Both the position numbers and the translations under genes were made by a program. Shown one piece after another: positions 35,444 through 45,619 of a stretch of DNA of 64,000 nucleotides. The stretch is from assembly GCF_009834535.1 (NCBI RefSeq), contig NC_045696.1, positions 47,432,001-47,496,000 of the forward strand, read 5' to 3'. The notes beneath the pieces are model-generated. The model was not told the DNA's origin. It saw nothing but the letters and a program-made list of their open reading frames with translations, and ran no database searches. How positions within the stretch are numbered: position 1 is the first letter of the stretch; every line of letters begins with the position of its first letter. The DNA comes from Camelus ferus. Its lineage: Eukaryota.

Positions 35444-35821
35444 TGTATTAGTTAGCTAAGTGCTAGCGTAACAGAGTGTCACAGACTGGCTTAAACAACA
35501 CATCACATATGTACGTCCCTACAGTTTAGGAGCTAGAAGTCAAGGCATCGGTACAGTTTCTTTCTTCTGAGGTCTCTCTCTGGCTTGTGGACAGCTGTCT
35601 ACTCCCTGAGTCTTCACATTGTCTTCCCTTTGTGTATGTCTGTGTCCTAATCCATCTTCTCACGACACTAGCCGTATAGGATTGGGGCCCACCCATATGA
35701 CCTAATTTTACTTTAATTACCTTTTAAAAGACTCTATCTTCAAATATAGTCACGTTCTGAGGTACTGGGGGTTAGCACTTCAACATATGAATTTTGGGGG
35801 GATACAAATCAGCCCATATTA
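35444..35821 (-). mobile_element. MLT1B-like MaLR LTR
   Basis: TGTATTAGTT...GGCTTAAACAACA; GGATTGGGGCCCACCCATATGACC; CAAATATAGTCACGTTCTGAGGTACTGGGGGTTAG.ACTTCAACATATGAATTTTGGGGGG. Confidence 0.92.
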
Positions 35822-36229
35822 TGCATACATACATTTTTATGTGGGCCTGGTTGCTTAAGTTGACATCAATCAAACAAAAGTAATAGATAAGATACTGGAT
35901 ATGAGACACAATGCTCTTGCTTCTCAATTTATAATATTCAAAACTGATCCATTGAGTGCAAAATTTTACCCATTAGACAAGAAGACATGCACAAGTCTTT
36001 TGCCTTCTGGCCCCACCTAAAGCATCAATTTTGTATTATAAAACAAATGTCAGTATATTGTAAAAAGAATGTATATAAGAGGCTAAAAGAAAATTTCTAC
36101 TATAATAATTCTGCTCCCAGGTCCCAGGAAGAGGAGAGCAAATCCATTTCTGCCCAATTTTAAAATTTCTGGTCTTTACAAGTTTCAAGTCCATTTCCAT
36201 GAGAATCAAGACTTATCATGACAAAATTT

Positions 36230-37235
36230 CTCTCTCAACAACAAACATGAGGCAGAAAAAGTTATAAAAAAACTACACTTAAACCTAAATTAAATATATT
36301 TAAATAAGCATTTGCAGATATGAAAACAAACAACACTGAGGGAGAAAAACATGGGAAAAATAAAACAGGAAGATGTAGAGAGAAATTTATTAGAGAATTA
36401 CTCTACAAAACATACACCTGGAACAGATAGTTTCACAGGAGGGAGTGTATCAACCTTTCAAAGACAAAATAATTTCAACACTATGACATTGTCTCCAGGT
36501 ATAGAAAAAAAAAAAGAAAAACTTCCAAATTCCTTTTATGAAGCAAAGATAATTCTAACATTCAGAGTTTATACTCTATAAACTATAGCACAAACTTGAC
36601 AAAGTTAGCACATACTCAAAAGAAAACGCTATACCAGTAAATTGTGAATATTGATGCAAAAATTGGGGCAATATTAGCAAGTTGGATTAACCAGCAGATT
36701 AAAAAAAAGACATCATGACCAACTATGATTTGTTCCCAGAATATAAGGATCATCCAATTTATTCAATTAAATTTGTTAATTTAATTCACTATATTAATAG
36801 ATTTAAGGGAAAAATAATTTGAATATATCCATATATGTTGAAAGATCTTAAAAATAACTGGATACTCATTCCTGAGGGAAACACTGACTAAAATAGTAAC
36901 TGAGATACCTGAGTAACATGATAAAAACCATATAGTTTGCGACTTAAACTAATCAGTCTATGTAGTAGAGGGACTCTAGAAGCTTTCCCAGTAAGTAAGA
37001 GACAAACCATCAGAACCATACTCAGATATGACACAGACGTTGGAATTATCAGGAACAGGGCAAGAACGCCCACTATTTCCATAACCATCGTGTGTTGTAT
37101 TAGAGGCTTCTAACTAGCAATCTTGTTTTTCTTAATGTGGGTGGTATGATTTTATAATCATTCTCTAAATTGTACATGTGTGTTTTGTACATTCTTTTGA
37201 CTATGCATTTCACAATAAAAAGGTAAAAAATGCAA
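36230..37235 (+). mobile_element. Old L1 ORF2 (RT N-terminal region) fragment plus a short L1 3' end
   Basis: ORF 36351-36581 contains TPGTDSFTG and KLPNSFYEAKIIL; GAATATTGATGCAAAA (NIDAK); AFP...SGT.Q..PL at 36982-37075; 3' end TTTCACAATAAAAA at ~37210. Confidence 0.85.
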
Positions 37236-37540
37236 CATAAGGGAACCATCTATACGTACATTGAAATAGGGCTATTTGATGTAATTTATGTTCATTTGTA
37301 CATTTAAGATTTGTGGCTGAAGGCTATAAAGCCAGGCATTTTCAACAAAATAAAAGGAAGCACCTGTAGATGCAAAATAGGCAGCATGCGATGTAAAATG
37401 GTCTGTGGACTTTTTATTGCTGGTGATAAAAATCTAAATCAATGGTGGCTGATGTATTGTCAGGAAGAAAAGCACAAACATTTTTAAGATTTAAGTATGA
37501 AATTTTCATCTGCAAAAGACAGGCAATTAAAGTTAAATGC

Positions 37541-39090
37541 AGGTTTCAGCTCCAACATTTAAAGAGCTTAGAGGTCATCACTCCTGTCTTTGCTATAAAA
37601 AAAAAAAAGTTGTACAAACTAAAAGTCAACACCTTTTCTTGGACCCATCAGAGAACTCAGTTTGCAGTGCAAAACACTGCCCTGAAATCTGCAGAGACAG
37701 GCAAATCGAGCATCATAGTGAGATTTGCTTAGCTTAAGCAGAAGCCCCTGAAGGCGTAAACTGATAGAAACACTTAAATGGTAATTTTAATGAATTGCTG
37801 ATGGATGAGCAACTCCTGGGTGAGGGTCAAAGTTTTAGGGGTTACCCCATACTTTATCAGCATTACCTCCAGGAAACCCAACAAGTTGCATAGTGAAGAT
37901 ATGAGAAAGATACACAGAAGCCCAGAGAATACAAATCATAATTAGTATCAAAAAGCACACGTGCATATATCATAGTCAAACTGTGGAGAACCAAAGACAA
38001 TGAGAAAACCTTGAGAGAAGCCAAGGGGAAATAGTAAATTAAAAAAAACACCTTACCTACAGAAGAACAAGGTTGAGAATTACAGCAGATTTGTCAAAAG
38101 AGGCAAACCAGAGGAAAGTGTAATAAAATATTTAAAGTGTTGAAAGAAAAAAATTCGTCAACCTAGAATTCTACATGTAGTGAAATTATCCTTCAAAAGT
38201 GAAGGAGAAATGAAGACTGTCTCAGACAAATAAAAATGGGATAAATTCATCACCAGTAGACCTACTGTGTAAGAAATGGTAAAAGACTTTTTTCAGGAGG
38301 AAGGAAAATGATATATAGGTCAGAAACCTGAATCTACATAAATAAAGTACACATTTTGGAGAAGCAGTAAATGCAGGCAAAGTAAAATTTTTACTAAATT
38401 CTTAGTCGGTCTAAAAATAACTATTTAAAGCAATAACAGTAACAACGTATTGGATGATTATAACATTATGGATAAATGAGCTTCTGACAGCAATGTCACA
38501 AGGGATGAGAAGGAGGAATTGGGAATACTCTGTTAGAAGGTCCCGCACTACACAGGAACTGGCATAGTCTTATTGAAGGTAGACTTAGTTATAAAATATG
38601 TACTGCAAATTCTAGGACAAACAGTAAATTTGGTTTTTATAAAGTATAATTGGCATGCAAAGAAAGGAGAGAAACTGGAATCTTATAAAATGCTCAATTT
38701 GAAAGCAGAGAAGACAGAAATAGAAGCCCCTGGCAATGAATAGAAAACAGTTCCAAAATTGTTTGATGTTAATCCAAATATATCAATAATCATTCTAAAT
38801 GTGAATGGTTTACATGACTTAATTAAAAGACAGAGACTGTCCGAGTGGATTAAAAATACCCAACTATTTGTGGTTTGTAAGATATCATTTTAAATATAAA
38901 GACACTGATAGGTTGAAAGTAAAGGGACAGAGAAAGATACACCATCACTAACTGAGATAAATGTACTCATGGAATGTAGAATGTTAAGAAGGAAAACCAG
39001 TTGTGGAGCATATAGGAACTCTCTGTGCTGCTTTTATCACAATTATGTAAATATTAAAGTGTTCTAAAATTAAAAGTTGATTTAAAAGGT
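37541..39090 (+). mobile_element. Internally deleted old L1: 5' UTR, ORF1 C-terminus, inter-ORF, ORF2 start, then 3' end
   Basis: ORF1 motifs IIVKL..TKD.EK and IFKVLKEK..QPRIL..KLSFKSEGE (37965-38210); ORF2 start NPNISIIILNVNGLHDLIKRQRLSEWIK at 38771; jump at ~38945 to the 3' end ATAGGAACTCTCTGT...TCTAAAATTAAAAGTT. Confidence 0.85.
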
Positions 39091-41266
39091 GGATAATAAA
39101 TTATTTAAATGAGAAACAAAGCAGACAATTAAATATAAAATACCTTTGAATTAAAAAAAACAAGTTGCTCTGAAAAGTGTATCTTAGAGATCACAGCATC
39201 TCTTCAGCCCGCCATGCTACTCTAAATGGTAAATGGTAACCACATGTTAGGCTGACAGAGTAAATAATTCAAAAGCTAGTTTTTTATGAAATCTGCATAT
39301 TGTTCACTAAGAACTGGTACTAATTTATCCAATTATATGCATTTGAATTTCAAGAGATACAAAAATTTTAATACATGACGAAGTTTTTCACAATATTTAA
39401 GTGTAAAGCATGAGTAAGTTACTGTGTAATTTAGGTCTGTCTAGGTTTCCTGGTTTGAGTTAGCTCAATTCCATTTTGTTAGTAAATAAACATTGAGCAC
39501 CTCCTATGTTTGTGGAACTATTTTCAGCATCATAGAGAATCACAAAAATGCATAACAAATAGTCTGTGCCCTAAGAAGGCTGCATGATACAGCTTGAAGT
39601 CCTTTAAATATTACTTCTATAACACTGACCCTTTCTTACAAATCCATATTTTCTTAATACCAGTAGAATCAGTATATAAATTGACCCTCCGCCTTGTAGG
39701 GTTCTACTGGGCAGTGAGTTTGTGTGTTTCACCAATAAGGTGGAAACAGTTTTGATTTCTTCTCAGGCACATGATAGCTCAGTTTACATTAGGCTAATGT
39801 TACTATTTTTTAATTAAAAAATTTTGACTAAAACTACTTTTTTCATTTTTCTTTTTAATTCAGTGTTGTTTAAATACATGGAAGTTTCTGAAAGAGCTGT
39901 AAATTCCAACATTTATACTTGGCCATGATTCTGAAAATGATTTGTTAGCCTTTTATTTTGTCTGGATGGTTTTAAGGGCTTCAGTCTGGCAGATTTTTGG
40001 TATCAAATGAGGACCTGGATTTCTGAGTAAAGTGATACCCTTATGCTATGATCTTTTTCACCCAGTTTTGCTTTTATTAATAACAGGGCAATATTGAGCG
40101 TTTTTGTCTAGTGACTGATTGCTGGCAATTTGTTTTGATATTTCTAATACAAAATCCCAGTGATATAAGAAGGATGGTGGCAAATAGGAATGATTTGTGT
40201 GAACATTTACTGGAATAATTTAGCAAGGGGACACTCTCAAATATGAAAATGGAAATAGGCAACACAGTCTATTTAAAAACTGAATTCTCCCCATAGTGAG
40301 AACAGGCTAAAATTGAAAGGGTTTGTACCAATGCATGCAAAGTACTTTAGTAAAGACTAAACAATTAGCAACTGTATACATAACATTGATATGTTCCTTC
40401 CTTCTCCTCTCCTTTTTATCTAACAATAGAGATGCTTTAAAATAATCACTTTAGTGTTAATATTATTTAGTAACTTTGCAGAGATTCCTTGCAAATGATA
40501 AAATGATGCCAGTTAAGACCTGGTGGTGGGAAGGGGAGGGTTAGGGGCAGAGTGGTAGTTTCCCACAGGAAATCCATCATGCAGCTTGTAGTAAAACAGA
40601 CTTCAAGGGCAAGATAATGAGATCACAGCTTGCTAATCATTTTGAAACCCATCATTTGCTATTTCCAAACAGGATGGCAATTGTCAGGCAGCTTTATCTT
40701 ATAACATCAGAAACCCTTAGTATCTTTTAATACTGCCACTGCAAATATGTACAGTTTACAGAACGTTTCAGAAACTAATCATATTAGCCAGCTGTGGGTT
40801 TAGTAGCATGGAGCACCAACCCTACTGAAGGGAAAAAAACCCAAGCAAGAGTTTTTGGTGACTTCATTGCAGATGAAATCATAGGGAAAATCCCTTCTCT
40901 CAAAGTGTGCTTGCTATTCAGTTTAGCAAGTATTTAAGAGAATTCTATGTGAAAGCCTCTGAGCTGGGCACTTTGAGAGCTGCAAAGATAAATAAAGTAA
41001 GACCTGCAAGATGTGGCCATGGCCAAAGAGAAGCAATTAAATGATTTGCAGTGGTAGAAGGAGCAATTGTCATCTAAACAATGTAGGGAAATTATGCTTT
41101 TGCTCTTTTTCCCCACCCTATCCTTAGCTGTCAAATGACATTTTGTCTAACTCCACAAACACCCAGTGACAGAATTGTCCAAAGCCCTCCATTGCAGAGC
41201 TAGATCTAAGCCCAATATCTCTGAGCTGTGAAAAAGTTCTCCATCCCAACCTGCTCCTCCCCCCCG

Positions 41267-41312
41267 GAGCTGACCAGACTCACAACTCCCCTCCAGAGCT
41301 GACCAGACTCAC
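41267..41312 (+). repeat. Short direct repeat GAGCTGACCAGACTCAC x2 (29-bp period)
   Basis: Exact 17-mer at 41267-41283 and 41296-41312. Confidence 0.9.
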
Positions 41313-41849
41313 GCCAGTTACTTTATCCCCAGTTACAGAATGCCTCAGCCACATCCACCCATGCTGAGTTCTACAGAGCGGTTTCCACTGGCGCTTAAAC
41401 CACCAAGGCTGACTGTTCTTGTTCTGGGGTCAACAGCAAGTCTTGCTGACTCTTTGAGGCAGTGGTTCAGGATGAGTAGGGTAGTGTATTGGGGAGATCT
41501 CAGAAACTGTCCTTTGGACTTTTCAAATCTCTTAGTCACATTAAGACAATGACAGTCATGCTTCTGCCCAACGGACAAGCCTATCAAATCATGCCTTGCC
41601 CCACACTCCCCACAGATGGTATCAGTACATATTTGTTGAATGAATAAATGGCTGAATCAGCACAAAGAGGAACGAGACTCCCTCTAGGAGCTGCAATCCC
41701 AGTGTGTTGTTATCCTCTCACGCATTCTAGGTTGTTCTGAAGGGAGAGGAAAAGCACTGTATTTCCCATGGGAAATTCATATTAGATGTGCAATTAAATG
41801 ACTGAAGGCCATTTAGGAAAGTCAGCTATAATAGGTACTTTTTAAAATT

Positions 41850-42990
41850 GACAAATATTTGCAGAACACTGACTCTGTGCAGTCACTTTCTAGGTATTGG
41901 GGAAGCAGTGCCGAGGAAGAGAAGACAGAGACGGGACCTGACTTCCTGTAGCTCAAAGTCTTGTGGAGGAGAGTAGACCATAAACAAAAACATCAGCAAA
42001 GTAATTTCTATTTTAATGTGTTACACAGGAAACAGGATATGATAGTGTGTACCCAGGGAGATGGGTGCCCTATATTAGTCAGAGTTATATAAAGTAAGGC
42101 TGTTCAGAATATTTAAGTTTAAGGTGAGCCATGGAGGAGAAGATTGAAGAAGCTTTGTAAAGAAACATTTTACTCTTTCCAAGCAGAAGGGAGGACGAGT
42201 GCAAAGGCTGGAGCTAATAAAAAGTTTATCTTGATCGTGGAGAGAAAGGAGACTAGCGAGGCTGTAGAGGAGGAGCCAGCACAATTTTTCTATAAAGGGT
42301 CTGACAGTAAATATTTTAGACTTTTCAGGATATATGTTCTCTGTTGAAAGGCAACTCTGCTTTACAGCATGAAAGCACTATAGATGTACATGCTTGAGTG
42401 AGTGTGTCTGTGTTCCGATAAAACTTTATTTGCAAAAACAAGTGATGGGATGGATTTGGCCCATGGACGGTAGTTTGCCCTGCTCTAGACTCTAGAGCTA
42501 AAGGAAGTGCAACATGTTGAACTTGGAAAACAGCGCAGAGTCCAGACCATGTGGGCCAAGGGCAGAGTAAGAAGTTGGAATTTTATTCTTAGTGAAATGT
42601 AAAGCCGTTGAAAGCTCCCACTAACCAAGGGGTTGATTTGGTCTAATTTAGTTTTTAAAATAGTATTCTAGATGCTGTGTAGGGAATAGATCAGAAAAGC
42701 CATCAGTATAGAAGTAGGGAGGCATTTGCAGTCGTCTGGGAAACAGGTCATGATGCTTGGCCTACAGGGGGCAGCAGAGAGACGGTGTGCGTGAATTGAT
42801 GGGTCTTCTCAAATCAGGACAAGAAGGTGGGTCAGATGTGAGGGTGAGAGACATGTTGAGGCAGCAAGGATGAGTTGTAGGTTTCTGTCTTGAATTAGGT
42901 TGCTGTTATCAAAATGTGGAAGATGGGGAAGGAATCCAAAGTTCAGTTTCGGAAAGTTTGACATGTCTGTTGAGACATTCTGAGTCATCC
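41850..42990 (-). mobile_element. L2 relic interrupted by MER58A
   Basis: CAAATATTTGCAGAACACTGACTCTGTGC; GAGTGCAAAGGC; TTGGAATTTTATTCTTAGTG; AAGTTTGACATGTCTGTTGAGACAT. Confidence 0.75.
42268..42490. mobile_element. MER58A hAT-Charlie MITE
   Basis: TTTTTCTATAAAGGGTC.GACAGTAAATATTTTAGACTTT; TGTGTTCCGATAAAACTTTATTTGCAAAAACA; GGATTTGGCCCATGG.CGGTAGTTTGCC. Confidence 0.92.
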
Positions 42991-43987
42991 TTCAGAAAAA
43001 GAACGCCTGAATAAATAACTACAAGGGAACATGGACCATTTCTGAAGCAGATCAAAGAGAGAAGCAAGGCCAGTAGCCTATCATTCACACTAGAATGACT
43101 TTGTAGGGAGCCAAAGCCCCTCTATAGATAAGTATATACAGATGCCGGGCTATGAAATTACACGAGCAAACTCCACTTAGGACTTTTGTTCAAGTGGCCA
43201 CAATCATAACCTCCTGTCTCAAAACAGAGGGCGACCTCCTTCCACAGCATCTGAAGCTGCATGCTTCCCTCTCGTGTCTCTGTTTCTGCACCGTCAATGA
43301 GCAAGCCCGCACAGCAGTGAAAGGGGGCTGAGTGCAGGCAAACAAAAATAACTCGTGTAGAGAAACACAGGATGCTAATTGTGACCAGCAAACAAAGTCT
43401 ACAGGTTAGTTGTGACCTACAAATGTGCTGCTACACATGTTTCTCCGTTGGGCTTTGACCACATCCTAAGACATAATTCAGCACTGTTGATTTTTCAGAG
43501 CTAGTTTGCCTGCTTCAGTCATCCAGTCATAAGCATAAGAAAAAAGAGGGGACCATGTTTTATGGCTTTTGCTTAACTCAACTTCGACTGGGTGCTCCTA
43601 GGAATGCTGCTGCAGAAAATATCATAGAAATAGGGAACAAGCTAATGAACCATGGCGCAGAGCACATGCTAAATAATGTCACCTGATCCATTCCACATTA
43701 GTTGGTGAAGTTTTAAAAGGTATTTTTATTCACATGTTTAAGAAGCATTAATTTTGTTGAAGTAGGTTTATCTATGGCAGAAAATCTTAATGCTAATAAT
43801 TAATATCACTCACGTTAATATGCAGTATGAAATTCCAGAAGGAAGATACAGTATTTGGTGTTTTCAAATTTATTGAAAACATACCACAATTTGATAAACA
43901 CACATGCATATACACTCTATATATACGTACATATACACACACACTATATTTTCATCAGATAATAGAGTCATCATCCTATTTTATAAC

Positions 43988-44520
43988 TTGGGTTAGTTTG
44001 GATTATGCTTTGCTGTCAGTGACAGAATGTCCAATTTTAGCTACTTAAACAATTAGGAGTTATTTTCCTTAAAGAGCAAGAAACCAAGAGGTAGGTTAGT
44101 GGCTTTATTCAGTGGCTCATGAATGTTAGAACAAACTCTTAAAATTTCTCTTGACCTTTTCCTCTCAGTTGTGAAATAACTTCTGCAGCTTCAAGTACTA
44201 CAGCTGTGTACAAGGAGAGGAAGAGGGAATCAGGAGGCAGTAAGAGGCGACCAGTTTCATCTGTTCCTTGTTAACAAGGAAAACATTTTCATAATTCCTG
44301 TAGCAGACATTTCCTTGGGTCTCATTGTCTTATTGCCATCAGGCTCCTTGATCTAACTGCTGCAGAGGGCGGGAGGGTGGGTAGAGGCTCCAGGAAGCAG
44401 TAAACAGGATTCTCGTAATTGGTTTAGACGCATACCATTTCACCTGGCCTGGGCATGTCAGGCTTCAAACAAAAAACGAGGAGAAGCTGGATCTTGGTGA
44501 GGCGACTGAGTCTTCTACAC
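43988..44520 (-). mobile_element. Old MLT1 (J/K/L-like) LTR
   Basis: GTTAGTTTGGATTATGCTTTGCTG..AGTGACAGAA; CTTAAACAA; AGCAGACATTTCCTTGGGTCTCATTG; TAATTGGTTTAGAC. Confidence 0.65.
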
Positions 44521-44570
44521 AGACTGTGAGAGCAGACAAACTTAGCATAACTCATTTGTTATTTTCAAAT

Positions 44571-45015
44571 TGTGACAAACATTGCGATGTACTGCCCAGA
44601 TTCCCCTTCAGGAATAAAGGACTCGTTACCCAGCTGCTGGGAGGGTTGCTGGAAGGAAGATGGGCCTCAAGCTCTCAGCTCCCTTGAGTTATCCCTGCAA
44701 CTGAAGAGTCTTCTTCCCGAGGACATGAGCCTGCCTAAGGCTGTGTTCATCCACAAAGGCTGCAATGGCCCCTCCTCTTGCCCTTCCCTGACCCCGCTCT
44801 GTGCTCCCCACACTCAGAACAGCTCTGAAAGGGCATCGTGCCCTCAGAGCAGGGGGTTGGCTAAAGCTTCTGCCAAGACTGCAACTCAGCTTGACTTTTC
44901 CCTCTGTGCAGTCCTGCTGTCTCCTGTCTTCCACAGGTTCTCTTGATCCCGACGGCACTTCCAGTAAAGCTCCTGCAAGCTCATGCCCATCTAGTCCTGA
45001 GAACCCAAACTGCTC
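44571..45015 (+). mobile_element. LTR16C-like ERVL LTR
   Basis: TGCCCAGATTCCCCTTCAGGAATAAAGGACT...CCCAGCTGCTGGGAG; GCAACTGAAGAG; ACTCAGAACAGCTCTGAAAGGGCATC; GAGAACCCAAACTGC. Confidence 0.85.
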
Positions 45016-45619
45016 CAAAAATAGAACAGGAAAATTAAATATACTCAAAACATATTCCTTTCTCTATTTTAGTTTTGAAGTTTGTTTGGAAACTTGAAGT
45101 ATTTTTTTTATTAAAGTTAAAATGAAGTTATTAAAGTTAAAATGTAACTTTTCAGATGCCACATGGAAATGAAATTCTTTGTCATTACAACATTGGTAAG
45201 TGTGAAAAAATTTGCTATCTGTACTAACTTTTCATTTCTCTGATTGAGCAAATACTTGATTCTGTTTATAAATTTTTTTAAAAAGCTTTATCTGAATTAG
45301 TGCTTTTACTGCAAAATTACAAAAACAGGTGAACGTTTGCGAAAGAAAAATCATCTCTAATCTTAACACATGTTACTCATCTTTGAGTGGTATCTGTCCA
45401 GACTTTTAAAAGGAGTTTACACCTGCTTCTTGGACTATTTATTTAGTCTTAGGAAAGTTTGAGGATTTGATCCATGTTCAATATTAGCTCCTCCTTGCAA
45501 TATTAACTGAAAGAATATTTAGGAATTGAATGAGAGCTGATCCTTACTAAAAGAGAATCTGGCCAAGGACTACAGGACCAAACCATACCTCATCCCTCTG
45601 TTGCTCTGTTACTGTCTTT

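Noticed and set aside
41267..41312. Repeat-spacer-repeat pattern reminiscent of CRISPR
   Set aside because: Only two 17-bp copies with a 12-bp spacer in mammalian DNA and no cas genes; a simple tandem duplication.
45109..45144. TATTAAAGTTAAAATG repeated twice
   Set aside because: A low-complexity slippage duplication with no further structure.
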